The translations under genes and the position numbers were made by a program. Below the pieces are notes generated by a model, which saw only the letters and a program-made list of their open reading frames with translations, was not told the origin of the DNA and did not search any database. A DNA stretch of 64,000 nt from contig CM022673.1 in the NCBI GenBank assembly GCA_012295275.1, positions 27,714,001-27,778,000 on the forward strand, in the 5' to 3' direction. The stretch is from Chrysomallon squamiferum. Lineage: Eukaryota > Animalia > Mollusca. Shown here in pieces: positions 40,217 through 55,200 of this stretch; the stretch's first letter is position 1; the number at the start of each line of letters is the position of its first letter.

Positions 40217-41877
40217 GTATAAGGCAATATTATAATAATAAAATATTCAGTTTACTTTATCAGTGGCGATTGTCTTTGTTGCAGCATCCATCCACTCATT
40301 GTTAGAAATAAACTGCAAAAACGATTCCTTGATTGAGCTGGTGATATCCACTATCTGTCAAATAGACAAGTACAAACGTGTGGAATAGGTGCATTGATAA
40401 AACCAGAATTTAAATTTTAAAAAAATGATGATGTACTGGAACAACACTGATGGAAATAATTCTTCCAGTTTATCCTCTTAGGAATAGGATTTTGCATAGT
40501 AATAAACTTCTATTAATTTAAATACGTTTGCGTTTTCTACAACGGAAATTATTTATTTGATGATGATGATGAAGATTTTCATCATCACCGTCATCAAAAA
40601 TCATCATTTTGTTGTTGATATACTTACTCACTGACTCACGGACAAAATAGCAAATAATACATACAAAATGCATCTACGGTAAATTATTCCTCTCGTCAGT
40701 AATTCTAAAAAAAAAAAAAAATTAAAAAAAATGTTTTTTACAGCCTGTCGAACAAGACCGATATTTTCAAAAATACGTCACAACTACAGGAGAGAAATGC
40801 AGTTAGTTACGTGTTTCTTGTTAGTTTCAAGGTAATGGTCAGCTATGTACAGGGCACCCATGGCCTCTGAGAAGTATTCCGTGGTTACCCCGAAACAGAT
40901 TTCAGATCTGGGCAGGAACTGGCTGACGCCGTTCAAGTCTGAATAGATTTCCCTGTCTGCATGCTCGTATTCCGAAGACAGCCCAGACACAGCGTGTTCT
41001 AAAACTCGCCAAGTGAAATAATTATGCAGAATTCTGCAAAGACAACAGTAAATGTTATAAAAAAAAAAAAAAAAAAATTATGACATACCCTAAAAAAAAT
41101 ATATATATATATATATATACATATTCATATGCATTTGTATATAAAGAAGACCTAGTCAAAAATATCACCGATATTCTAGTACGTATTTGTAAACATTACG
41201 TGGTTAAATTAAAACAAAACAACATTATTATATTTAAGACAGAAAGTCAGAAAATTACGAGATAAGTAAATACAACGTGAACATTAGATGTTTTTAGCAA
41301 GTTTCCGTTACACATTTGTTACAAACATTCTTGTCGTGGATTAAATGTCTGACGTTGTACCACCCCATAGACAGCAAAGAACAGTACCAGAAGTGTGGTC
41401 TGGCTGGAAATAGCAAAACAAACAACAAAAAAACCCTCTGCTGTCGATCGATCGATCGATCGATCCGGATGCCCTTAGGTTCGATTTTATGCTTTGACTA
41501 CGGAGCATCACAGCACACCTTCGTTGTCGTTATCTTCTGAAACTTACCTGGGCATTTCCTTCTGGTCCAGGGAGCGGATGTAGCTGACCACACCCTTTAA
41601 ATAATCTATGTTGTCAACGTACACAGCCGTATCCTTGGAGACGCCCAGCTGATTGAAGATGCCTCCAATCTGAACTACCCAGTCGATCTGTCAAAATTAA
41701 TTTAAATATATGATATTTAAAACACGAATATAATACGTATGTGTAGGTCTGTGTATAAGATAGGTTTTTTTTGGTTTGTTTTACAGGTATCATTCATATA
41801 ATCATAATTTAACTGTAATATTTTCTCAAATAATGTTTTATAAATTATTATATTACGTATATAAAAGTGTCTCTCTT

Positions 41878-41908
<31 letters not shown>

Positions 41909-42970
41909 ACACATACATACGTTAATAAAAAATAAAATATAAACATACAGATATAATTATTATAAAATAAAATAAATTATTACATACCAAAATAACACAT
42001 AAACAAGAACAAAACAAAACACTACATTTACTATCATTTATCACTTATTTTAAGTTTTTAATATTATCCAAGGTGAATTAAAATAATAACTGTGTTCTGC
42101 TTACAAAAGTGCCAGTCTGTCTTGTTAATTCGGCAATGCTCATAATTTGTCCACTGTCGAACAGGTCAGTCATTACATCGAAATGAGTCTGAATAAAAAA
42201 TAATAATAAATAAATAAAATAAAATAAAATAAATAAATAAATAATGATGATGATGATGATAATAATAATAAATATACAAGTAACACGTTTAATATTGTGT
42301 GTGTGTAAAACATCAGTAATAATTATAACAGGAACTGCTACAGTTATAATAAAAATAACAACGGCAGCAACACTAATAATAATAATAATAACAACATCAG
42401 AAACAACAGTATAATAACAATAACTACATCAACATCATCATCATCAACAAGAACGGCAACAACAACAATAATAATAACCTCTACGATCTTTGATTCCATC
42501 TGAATGACATCATCGACAAACTGTTCTATTCTGTCCGTTACGTTGGGAGTTACTTTAATATCAGCATCTCGTAACAGCAACTTCGCGATTCGTCGCATAA
42601 AGATCTTGTAATCATTCCCCTCCTGAAACGATGAAGTAATAAATACGTAAACAAAATAAATAAATACATTTATGGATATATAAACAGAAAGGAAACCATA
42701 CAAACGATTTAATAATCAAGTCACGGATCACGGTCTTGAACAAGCGGATTAGTTAAAAAGAAGAAACAAAAATGGATGGAAAAAACAAAATCTGTAGAAA
42801 GAACGAACGGCTACAGAATTTAGGATAAGATAACGACACCCACACAAAACGTTACTGTATACAGTATACAGCTGACCACACCCTTTAAATAATCTATGTT
42901 GTCAACGTACACAGCTGTATCCTTGGAGACACCCAGCTGATTGAAGATGCGAGGTGAACGGAAAAACGTT

Positions 42971-43010
<40 letters not shown>

Positions 43011-43497
43011 CATATATATACAAAGAGTATAGTGGCAGGATCATAAGCTGTTCTTCTTCTGCAAATTCACGTTGTGTTGCATATGTAACAGAAGTTCAAG
43101 ATAGGTGAAACTGATATAATTAAAAGATATAGAACTCATTTTATATATTACTCTTTCATTAGTTTCTTTTCTGGGGTTTTTTTCTGTTTTTTTTGTTTTT
43201 TGTTTTTTTGCTGATTTTGTTAGCTGTTGTGGCTGTTGTGCATCTGTGCACGTATATGAGTGAACGTGCATGTTCACGTTTGTGTGTGTTTTGACGTGTA
43301 ATGCGTGAGTATGTACGTTGGTGCTGCGTGTGAACATGTTTCTCCTGAAGTACAGAAGAAATCGCTCTTTGGCAGTTTTCATATCTCAGTCGATTTCTGT
43401 ATGTATATAAGTTTGTATGAGAGTGAGTGAGACAAAAAAAAAAATATAGCGACTGAGCGAGAGAGAGAGAAACAGACAGACGGACAGATAAATAAAT

Positions 43498-43575
<78 letters not shown>

Positions 43576-44945
43576 GTAACAGAAAGGAAGACATCTGACT
43601 CTATCAGTTATCAGTTAAATTATAACATGCACTGTTACCCTTGAATTTGTGACATCCAAGTAACTGAATAAGGGCAGATTGTAGCTATATCCACCACCAT
43701 GAATCTGAAAATAACATTAAAACAACTTTATGAAAATATAATAATAAACATCTTGATAAACTATCTGCATTAGTATAGCAGAATAATATTAATACGATAT
43801 CTAAATAATATTTTTTTATTAAGAGTATTGTCATAGCTGAAGCCATTTTAGTCTTTTTGTCGACTGTTAAACTGTTGTTATTATAATAATGTTAATAGAA
43901 CTACAGTTTTAGCGTATACTTGTTTGTTTTTTCTTTTTTCCTTTTATTTCTTTAATGGGTTTCATTATTATTTCTCTGCGTCATTTCTATATGTGACAGG
44001 TTAACATCAAATTATGAAGTAAAAAAATAAAAATAAAGGAGAACGATTCACATGATTATTATCAGAAATACATTAGTATTGAGTTTCACGAAATAAATAT
44101 CTAAGCATCTGTCTCTGACGATTTAGTTATCTGTATGTCTATTTACCTGCCTGCCTGTCTATTTATTTATTTATTTATTTACTTATTTGTTTATTTATGT
44201 GTTTGTTTGTATTGTTTACTTGTTTGCTTGTTTATTTGTTTTGTTTTGTTTTGTTTTGTTTGTTTGTTTCTTTGTCTGTTTTGTTTGTTTGTTCGTTTTG
44301 TTCGTTTTGTTTCATTTTTTTTTTTTTTTTTTTTTTTGTCTGTTTGTTTATCTTGTCCCCTTTCTTTGGGTGGTTTCTATAAACCTATAAAAAAACCCAG
44401 CGGGTTTATTTAACCTCGGTGCTTTGTTGATTTTTATAGCCACCTAGATTAATAAACACCAAACACATACATTCAGCGTGTGCATGCTATCAGATGTATT
44501 CACGGTAAAGTGGGAATAACAACATATTATTTTCTAAGCATCTTAACAACCATAGGTTTTGACATTACAATCTGCTGTATAATACAATTTATAAGCTCAC
44601 AGTTTTTCTGATCGGTTTCCATTGTAATTTTAAACGACTTTTTTTTTTTCTATTTTTATTTCACACTTTCTGTTCGCTCTTCGTTTAATGGTGTTTCGCG
44701 CACGAAAGATACAGATCTATGTGAAAATGTTTGATAGTTTCAACAATGTAATATTTATGTTAAACGAAGAGGAATATAATAATGCATAAGAAGCAGAGTG
44801 GGTCGTTTCGTTTCGTTGGACAGCATCCAGATATTTCGAGTTAAAAATACGCTGGATTCATTTACGTTTTCAAAGGATAAATAAAAAAGACTGTCATCTT
44901 TTTTTTTTTTTTGGTTCTACTGATAACTTCTTAGCAGTAAAATAG

Positions 44946-44987
<42 letters not shown>

Positions 44988-46145
44988 TATGTATGTATAT
45001 GTGTATAATGTATGTGTGTGCCTGTGTGTGTGTGTGTGTAATATATATATATATATCGGGTTTTGCGAGATAGATTTTAAAATTTCGAAACGAAGCATTG
45101 AAATATTACTTGGCTTCAAATATTGTAACAAAGTTACATGCTGACTAGTAGTAATAGCTAATTGACTCATGAGATTTGTATTCGCAGCTCTCGAAGGACA
45201 AAACTCTACTTGATATATATTAGAAATAATCCAAGAAAAACAAAATGACGTAGAGAATGTTTTAGATACCGGTATTCGATACCAGTTTATAATCAAATGA
45301 CGATTGGAATGATGGATGGATGGATGATAGATGAATGGATGAAGGAAATAATTAAGACATGATGACTTCTGCAACAGCAGAAAATAGATTAAAGAATTTT
45401 ATCGCCAAAGATAATTCCTTCAAATAAACATTACCTCTATTATTCTTTTCGGTTTGTTGTTATCACCAAATCCTGGATAAATATAGAATAATGCGCTTGT
45501 GAATAAGTCTGCCTGAACAGTTTTCAAAACTTGGTTAAGATCGAATTTTTCTTCTTTCCAGTCGCCAAATACGTACCAGCCGTTCAGCTTTGGGATAATA
45601 ATCTCTATAAATGGCTTCCCTTTTCGCCTTTCTCTTGCTAAATCATCCATACAGGATTGGTAAAATTCCTTCATTTTCCTTTCCGACGAAGGCTCTGAAT
45701 TTCTCTCGATTGGTTTTAGTAGGAGATTTTCCACTTTCCTTTTGTTATCTTTATGCAGATCTGTCAGCGTGCTGTGCAGACCGTTTGTCGAATCCACCTT
45801 GTGAGTGCGTTCAAAGTTCAAGCAAGCGTATTCGTAGAAATCATAGCAAGGGTCTGCAGACGTCTTCATGTTTTCCAGTGCGTGAACAGAAATTTTCAGA
45901 CACGGTGGACTGAGACACAGTGGTCCGTTCTTGCCCGTCAGCGCTTCAAAAGTTGGTGATGAGTTCTCATCTTTTAACTTACCTTTCTCTACGGATAAGA
46001 GAATCGCGAGGACGATACAAATGACGACCAGTACGATTACCACGCACATAGCTGCTGTTTCTCGTAAGCCGATTCCAAGTCGCCGAAATGTGTTAATAAT
46101 TGGCATTTTGTCTTCGTCCAAGTTGTTAAATGAGCTCATCGTCAT
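35968..46145 (-). CDS. Neprilysin/ECE-like M13 family type II membrane protein, paralogue 2, non-catalytic (zinc motif replaced by RSVLF), about 776 aa, intact frame
   Basis: 14 exons: 46145-45435, 43704-43639, 42622-42479, 42188-42105, 41687-41548, 41033-40811, 40354-40256, 39801-39724, 39256-38974, 38584-38421, 37714-37646, 36949-36851, 36441-36371, 36067-35968. Same intron phases as paralogue 1 and identical exon sizes of 223, 99, 78, 283 and 100 bp. Motifs ADPCYDFYEYAC, IGYPE, FPAGLMQFPLY, EQMFFVSYAQ and FSHAFKCPSGSKMNPEKKCPLY*. Confidence 0.93.
37040..37160 (+). mobile_element. Possible degenerate tRNA-derived SINE head
   Basis: AGCTCAG (A-box-like) followed about 55 bp later by GGTCGCTGGTTCATTCC (B-box/T-arm-like), inside an intron. 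No clean cloverleaf. Confidence 0.3.
37780..38362. repeat. Degenerate A/G-rich tandem repeat tract
   Basis: Recurring aaaatcaag/aaatatcagaacga/tcgaaa units with strong purine bias, in intron 10 of paralogue 2. Confidence 0.6.
38704..38800. repeat. ~50-bp tandem duplication
   Basis: atatataaac..agatagtattgtc..aagaaaaagtgtattctgtg occurs twice in tandem. Confidence 0.85.
42870..42950 (-). pseudogene. Orphan duplicated fragment of exon 5 of M13 paralogue 2, lying in intron 2
   Basis: 81 bp matching 41582-41662 with 2 mismatches; no AG acceptor just upstream. Confidence 0.85.
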
Positions 46146-48372
46146 TTTGAATTTATCGCGAGAACAGAACTAAATATTATTCTTTCCAGAAAATATTCTT
46201 TTTTACGAACGCCAGTGAGATGATTTTGCACCTGGTGTATGTTGGTGTATATCTCAATTCTCAGTTACAGAGACACTGTCCTTGGGTGCATGTGTATTAA
46301 ACAGGCCTACACAAGCATGACGACCAGTAAAGCTAAGTAGGCGACAAAATAAAAATAAAAAGTAAGAAAAAAAAAAAACCTGGAATATGTTCACCTTACT
46401 GAAGCATGTCGATAATGGATATATAGATTACAACACTGAAATTAGATCAAGGTGTCGGTATTCATTGCGAAAGCTTAAACTTTCCATTTGTCATTGACAT
46501 TGTTTTTTCTGACATATCTGTGCAGGGTAACATAACATCTTTTCATTTCTTTTAAGAGCTTTTTGATTGTGAAATAATAATAACGTATAAAATGTTTGTT
46601 CCCAGTTTGTTGAGTATCAGTTCACTGCAACCCAAAACAGATGGGTTTCAAGATGTTAAATGGTGTTTGTGTCAGTTGTCTCATTACAGTCAGTTTGTTA
46701 TATAGCAATTTAAAACATTTGACAGTTAGCAGAACACAGAAACGATGGGAAAATAAAATGACAGTTAAAATGTTGGAAGTGTATACACATATTTTCGTAT
46801 ATTAACTTTTATTTTTTCCTCTGCAATAATAAAAAGATAATAAATGCACATGACCTTTGACTATAATATTTTTTGATGATAGATATTGATATATACGTTG
46901 CTTTGACTACTTTTAAATATATACCACTACAGCTGACCTAGGTTGATATAATTATGAAGCATCTCCAAATGTTAAAAGCAAATCTATACTAGTAAACTCC
47001 AGTTATAGCACAGTATTGTCTTAAATATGTTCTTGGTATAAATCAATGTTTAATTTAATATCTTTGATAACTACATACAAAAATTCTCGGTTAGGTAGAC
47101 AGGAATTCGAGTTTTAGTGTCAAGATCTGAAAACTATTATATCAGCTGCAGCTTTTCTTGTTAGTATATTGCTGCAATTTTATGTGTTCAACAATAATTG
47201 TATATGTGTATCATCATATTTATCACTGTTATACGGTTTATGTTTGGAAGAAAAAATAAATAAAACGGTAAGTTTGACAGCAATTTATTAATTTAAGGTG
47301 ATACAAATGTTAATCATAAATAGGTAAATAAACAAAGAAAGAAAAGACAACACTAAATGTGTAAAAGAGGTTGTTGCCCTTTTGTCTAAATATGTTATTT
47401 AGTAATTATTTTGTTTCATTTTAATTAAATTAGGGATAAATATTTTAGTTTTTTATGTTTTGCTCGGGCGCATAAAAAGTCTATAGTTTAGTTATTGCAA
47501 AATTGTAATTATTCTGAAAGACTAGTTTTGTTTATGTCAATTTTGTAAAGGGGACTCATTAACATTTGCATATTTATGGATATATGGATAATAATTATTA
47601 AATTTTATATGATCTTATATTAATATCCTATTTAATATAGTACTTTATAATTATAAAATTTAGTAGAACAAAAATTTAAAAAAAAAAAATATATATATAT
47701 ATATACACACATATAAGAAGAAAGGATAAAAAATGGAGTATTTGATTTTCAGAAAAGAAATTTAAAAAACATTTTGAGAATTTAAATCAAATAATGCATA
47801 ATTGTTAGTAATTACTTCATAACAGGATATATGTAGAGAGAAATACTGTCAGTTTTCAGTTATATGTAGATCCTAATATTATGATTACTATCTCAACAGC
47901 AGGGCAATTTAAAACATTAATAATATATTTTCTTAATATTTAACATTAACAATAAACAAAAAACACAAAGATTATTTTTAATACAGGTGACAATATTGTG
48001 AATATCACTGTATTTACTTGAAAAATACATTTATTATTCTTTTTAATTTAACAGAATCAAATGAAACATTTAACAACTGATATTACTTATTGAAACTGCA
48101 AACAAATAACAGGAATGAATCCATATTGTGATAAAATAAATTTTCTTCAAATATACATATGTAAAATATTAATATTACCTAAATTATTTTAAACTATAAT
48201 TGCTATTTTGAAAATAAGTTGCTGTGGATGATTACAGCAAATATAGAAGTATGTTTGGATTTTCATTTAAACACCTTTTAGAAGAAATCTAACTGATGAT
48301 TTATAGGTATCAATTTTTTTTTTCTCATCTCACATTATTTATGTTTTGATACTTTAGAGATCGCTGTTCTTT

Positions 48373-49979
48373 TTACTGAAATAGCATTGTCTGTAGAGAC
48401 TTTCGAACATTTGCCATTTCTTGATGTTGCTGAAAATATAAAAATGACTTTCTTCCAATCTCATCAAAACTAATTTAAAAATTGTATCATACCAAATCAT
48501 AGATATAAATATATATTCAACAATTATATACATTTTCAAAGATTATTATTTACTGTAATAATTATGTTTAATATCAGTTTAACAGTTTAATATAGCCCAA
48601 TAAATAATTAAGTTAGAAAACTTTTATATCTCTTTCATGATTTTTCAGAGAACTATATTTACGCAAAACAGATCATCAGGTACCAAATATTTTATTAAAA
48701 AAACAAATAACATACAGTATCCATCAGTATTTTCTTCTGAAGTAGAGCCATTTCTTTTTTCAGTTCTATTTGTACTGTATTCTGTTGCGATGTGTGACAT
48801 CTGTCAAGCTCTTCCACACCCTATAATGTTATTTTATAATACATTTATTTAGTTATGTAATATATACAATAAATTTAGTTTTTTGTAAAAATGTATTGTA
48901 AAGTTATAGATATTATTTGTCCCTACCATTCTATAAATATTTTTTTTTTAACAAGGTGTTTGATTATTTAATTAGCTTACCTTTGACAGTTCTTCATGAA
49001 GCTGGCGGATGGTTTTAAGCCTTTGGCTCTGAACAATTCGTGCTTGTTGAATCAGTTTTTGCTGTTGTTTAAACAAAGACTGGAAAATGAAATTTTAAAA
49101 GTAATTTCACTTTCTTTTACAAACTTATTAACTTTCTAAATGCTTTTGAAATGTTTATCCAGATTATAAAAAAATTATTTTTCTAAGCAACATGATATTA
49201 TCGATAATTTACACACACTCAAACACAAACACACATATGCACACATGCATGCACACTCACACATACACACATTCCAAAATGAATTTAAAATCTGTATCAA
49301 TAAACATTTAATAAATCTTTCTAACAGCGAACTTTTTAACACAGCCAAATTAAAATATATTGAAGACACAAATTTTATGTATGGAAAATTCTGAAATTCA
49401 GTATATAAGAATATACGTATATGAATCATCATCAAGTAAGTTTTTAAACTGTATTATGACATAAATCATACTGTGAGTTTTTCCTCTTGTTCTTTTGTTT
49501 TCTCAATATCTGTTTCCCACTGTGTGAATATAGTGCAAACTTGTTTTGAATATTCTTCATGCAGTTTGCGCCTAAATAATGTAAGAATACAGTTGGGCTA
49601 AAGATTTTATTAACATATGAAATTCTTGATTTCATTTGAATTACTGAATTATATATTATCAATGAGGAAAATGACAATCCTTTTGTATTTAAAATATAAT
49701 AATAATAATGTCAGTGTTAACTTATTTATTTTCATTTCCATTTATTCTATAATTAAAGGAATATGAATACTGAAATATATAAAATATCAGCATCATAATA
49801 TTCAAGTTTATTTTTTAAATTAATACAAAAGAATATTTTTGAGCAACATATACCTTTCATTTTGCTGTTCTCTCCAAATATCTTCCACTTTCTTATTACT
49901 ATTTTTCAAAGTGTTTTGAGTAATTTGTTCCAATCTTTTCCTTTTTGAAACAAGTGTCTTGGAGATATCAGCTAAAATA

Positions 49980-50042
<63 letters not shown>

Positions 50043-50173
50043 CACATAATAATTTTATTAATTAATTAATATAATATATTATTGATAATTTGTAGGATGA
50101 CAAATCATCAGATAATCAAATTATAAAAGAAACCACTGTATTTGAAGTATAAAGCCTTGAAAATGAATATATT

Positions 50174-50235
<62 letters not shown>

Positions 50236-51484
50236 AGGGAATATCTGTTATTAGAAAATATGTATAATTCCTGAAAATTTCAGAAAATATATATAATCAC
50301 TGGGCTGAAAGTAATATGTCCAGAATTGGTGACCCACAGAGCCAAGAGTTCATAGAAAGAGCAAAGTATGACATTTAAGGCATATTTTTTGTTGTTTAGG
50401 ATAAAAGAATACATCTGAATGAACCGTTGAATTGTGTGTTTGTGTGTGTGTTATTCTAGCTGTCATTTAGAGATTGTTGGTTATAATAAACAGATCAAAC
50501 TTCATATAGTTTTACCTCCAAAACATTCAAGCATTTTCTGCATTTCACTCCTAAAAAGAAAAGAAAGTAACTTTAAAACTGAAAATATTGATTAATGTTT
50601 ATTAAATATTTATTAAAAAAAATAAAATAAATTTAATTAAATTTAAAATTAATATTTGTGATTAACATTTTTAAATACTATAAATATTTTTCTTTATTCT
50701 TCATTTTAATTTAAATATTGAAAAAAAAAAAAAAAAAAATTGATATTAATTTTAATGTGAAAATTATTTTATATCTTATCCAAAATTTAATATCTTACCC
50801 AAAATCTTCTTCTGATTCAGCTGAACGCTTCTTTCCATTTCGTGAAATAATTGGTGTTTCATCATCTTATACATTAGAAAAATATATTGTGGTAGTTAAT
50901 TCAAATATATTTAAATGCTCTGTTGATAATTTTCTTATCGTATTTTTTCTTTGGTTATTATTATAAATAATATAAAAATAGTTTATTATTTACGAGACGC
51001 ACAGATAATTTGTGAGAAAATGAGAGAAAGAGAGATAGTCATGAAAATAAAATTTTAAAAAGTAATTTACAAGTCTGCAAGTCCAATAATTTTTTTTAAG
51101 TAAGTCAAATGAACAAACAAGAAATATTGATGTTTTAGTTAACAAAATAGAAAGTATCGAACAACTTTATTTTTTACGGTTCTCATATTAAATTAATTTA
51201 GTTGTTTTTTTGTTTATTTTGTTTGTTGTTTTTCTTTTTTCTTTATTTATTATTTGCTTGTTGTTGTTTGTTTGTTTCTTTGTATCATGTATGTTGTTGT
51301 TGTATCGCACTATTAAATCAATAATAGCATATTTGTGTATTATTGTTAATGTTTATTGTCTGTGCCTACCTCGAAAAGGACTGCTGTTGAGACTTCGCGG
51401 TGAATCTGAAAGTTTTTCATCGAAACCTTTCCTTTGAATTACTACTGCATTTTCTGCATCTGCATTTTTCTTAGCTTTTGGCAT
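48373..51484 (-). CDS. SYCP3: Synaptonemal complex protein 3 (231 aa)
   Basis: 8 exons: 51484-51370, 50865-50799, 50550-50516, 49971-49854, 49571-49472, 49079-48981, 48820-48716, 48429-48373. Cor1/SYCP3 motifs [51 protein letters not shown] and [15 protein letters not shown]. Confidence 0.96.
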
Positions 51485-51785
51485 ATTTTAGCTTTTTATA
51501 TGAGAATTAGTTTCAGTTCACTGAAATTACGTGCTTTGTGACTCAATGCATACGACAGTCAATAGCAGACGACAAGCAGTCGTACATTACTTTCGGAAGT
51601 CTTCGATAATTGTCGTAATTTTTATTCCTTCAAAATGAACGTTGTTCAATGTAGCTTTTTTCAGCAATTATTACACAGAATAAGGCATTTTATAATCAGT
51701 TTGTTAATAAAGCAACTTGTTTATACTATTATTTCTTTTGATTTTTTAATTATATTATCATTATTTATTTTTATATATATATATC

Positions 51786-51824
<39 letters not shown>

Positions 51825-52234
51825 ATTTGTTTTAACCCTATTTTGATTATTATATTTTTTGACAGGGGCACATAATTATTAATTATGTAAGACGAGCAAC
51901 GGAATAATAATATGGTAATTACCTACGAAAACCGCATGCAATTTCCAGTTAAACATAATAACTGATAGGCCTATATGCCGTATAAGGATTAATGTTTTTA
52001 AAAAAAAATGTTATAATTTTTAAACAATCAATGAAATGTCATAGAACCTTTAAAAACATGATTTGTTTCTTTATATAATTTTAATAAAATAAATTTTATG
52101 AATGTAAAAATTGGGCCGATTTCATAAAATTTAACCTAAAATTCTTTGCACAATAAGCTTTTCATTGAAGTTCGGTAACATCCAAAGAGTTCTCTCCCTT
52201 CAATAGATATCCCACAAGTACTGTTTGTTTGAAA
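51485..52234. promoter_or_regulatory. Putative bidirectional promoter between SYCP3 and the phosducin-like gene
   Basis: Divergent start codons are only 750 bp apart. Confidence 0.55.
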
Positions 52235-55200
52235 ATGGCAGCTACGACAACAGAAAAAGCAATAACAATAGTAGAGGACGAATCACTGGCCGAAGAGGTA
52301 AATGTTATAATCGTCTGACTTACATTTTTTGTACAATAATAAGTTTTGTTTTTGTAAAGTTTATTTCGCTTTTATTACTTTTGGATCCAGTCTAAGTCTT
52401 GCAAGAAATTATAGTTTATAATACTGATTGTCGTGTTTTCGATGTTGAAAAGTTCTTTATATGAAATTATACTTAATACATAATAATATAAACAGTAATT
52501 TAGTTATTTAAACTGATTTTCGTTAAATATCTTTCTGAAATTCATTGAGAAAAAATTCTAAGTCTGTAAAAACACAATCGTCTTGTAACAGAATAAAAGT
52601 ATTATTTTCTTAAAGACACCCGTTTCTTAAAGTTAAACATTAAATACGTATGTGACAAAATTTTCAGAAAGAGCAAACAAGAAAGCTTAAAACGACACCA
52701 TGATATCTTTATCCTTTAATGTCACTGATATGAAAAAAGTTACGAATTGTTATCTGAATATAATTTGCCAGTATTTTTTCATCAGAATCTATGGAGAAAC
52801 TGTAATTGATTTTGTTCATTTGTCAGCATAAACACTTAATATCTCATATAGATTGAAACCATTATACATGTATTGTATATAAAAATGAAGTTTTAAATAT
52901 GCCAAAAACTATACAGTACTTTTTCGAATGTTTCTAACATTCCTAATTTCCTCAGTTTAAATGAATTAATTAACTGCTCTAATTAGCTCAAATGTATCTT
53001 ATGCCTTAATTATGTAACTTTAAAAAAAAGAAATTAAACCAGTATACAAAAAGATCCTTTATGAATATTATGACAAATAATTAATAAATCAAACAAAATA
53101 AACAAGACTAATTGTTTAGACAGTTGGTAGTAACAAAAATCACTATGGCTGCATCATTTGCAGAGAACACCCCACATTGTGGTATCAGTAATTAAATATC
53201 TGCTAAAGTCCCAAATAAGCTTAACTTGGTTATAAAACGATTGTTTTGAAAAGGTGTATTTGTCTGTTAAATCTCTGTAGTTCATCAAAGATTACATGTC
53301 AAGAAATGAAAATGGTGATGAAACTGAGTATATATACACTACTTTATGATGTATTTTGTTTTGAAAATATGTAAGAATAATGACAAAACAGAAATAAAAT
53401 TGAGCAAACCCCCTTCAAGGAGAGCAAAAACATATTACAATATGTCACATATGTACAATAAACATTATATAAATTAAACTCTAATAACATTTCTTCATCA
53501 TTTGAGCATAATCTATTTTTAGCCTAAAACAATCTAACTAGGAACTGAAGGGTAAGATGTCTTAAAATAGAATTATTGTGATTGTAACAGTTAAGGTATC
53601 ATTTATTCAGCTTCTGATACACAGAACTGTATGTAACACAACATATCCTAGCCATTGATAAACAAGTTATGTGGTACTGACTGCACTGAAAAATTAGCCA
53701 AAAGCAACTCTCAGAGGAATTGATCTTGTGACCAGTCATGCTTTAAGCTGAACAAATTAATACTTCTAGTTATGATTTGTAACTTTTTCTGTATAAAAGC
53801 AGATAAAAGACTATGTTTTAATTAATGTGAATGTTTGATGCTCAGAAACTATGGGAAGAACTTGAAAAGGAAGAAATACCAGCAAACATCCGAGAAGCAA
53901 GACTTGAGCTGCTGCACAAACAAGCAAGAAACTTTGGACTTCTAAAAGACAAACAGCATGGTGCATACACGTAAGTTGATATCTTAGGTGTTTGTGTAGA
54001 TAGATAGACAGACAGATAGCTAAGATATATATACCAAGTAAAAGAATGTTTTTTTTCTAAAGAAAACAGATACATATTATCTGCTTATATATATATATTT
54101 CTAATGCTTATGTTTATGTATTTTTACATTATTTGTTAGATATATTTATCTTATTTGCTCTAATTCTAGTATTCTAATACCATAAAAACTATTTAATTAT
54201 TGTAGAACATTTATTTTAAAAACTTCATTTTATTTTGTTTAGGGAACTGCCAGATGAAAAAACATTTCTTGATCTGACCACAAACACAGAAAAATGTATC
54301 GTTCACTTTTATCATCCTGATTTCAGACGATGTGCAATTGTTGATACTCATTTAGAAGTAAGCATCTTGGAAGCCATGAAAATAATCATGTTTTTCAGGT
54401 TTTAATTCAAATGAGATTTGTATCATTGAAGTTGATTTTTTGCCTTTTAATAAAAATTCAAATAAAAGTGAAAAGGTAACATTTTTTTTTTTTGGTGGGG
54501 GGAGATTTGAAATTTAGGTTTGGACTGCAAAAGTGATAAATTTAATTTGTGAATGTTAGGAACATCACTAACAAGAATACACTGTTAATTTGTAATATGC
54601 ATTAATATTAATGCCACAGAATGCCAGTATATATATATATATATACACACAAGCAAAATATGTTTCACTTCACACTGTAGTTTCATAAATGCAATGTCTT
54701 GTTTCATCCATTTTTTTCAATTTCAGAAACTGTCAAAACAATATTTTGAGACCAAGTTTGCAAAGCTGAATGTTGAAACTGCTAAATTTTTAGTCACAAA
54801 ACTAAAAGTTCAAGTATTACCAGCAATATTTTGTTTCAAGAAGGGGATAGTTGTTGACAAGTATGTCTTTGCTTTGATTTGTGTTGGGCAAATATTTTTT
54901 TCTAAATATTTTTAGCTGAAAAAATTGTTTAAGCAAAATGTATGAACAGCTTAGAAAATCAGATAATTTTATGTTGCTTTTGCACAGGAATTGTGTTTTT
55001 AAGGCAGTATCTTGAAATTTAAAAAATTATACCCGTTTAAATTCTTCTATACTGAACTGATAAAAACATGATTCAAACTGCCAGAGATAGTGCTGTAAAT
55101 TAGTGTTCTGTGACTGCTAAATGGAAAGTCAAAATCATTATCATTAACCATTATAGCAGTCACATCAGTTACTGAATAAAATAAATATTTAACATATAAA

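Noticed and set aside
44369-44446. Short imperfect inverted repeat (ggtgg..ctataaa / tttatagccacc)
   Set aside because: Too short and degenerate to assign to an element without a database search.
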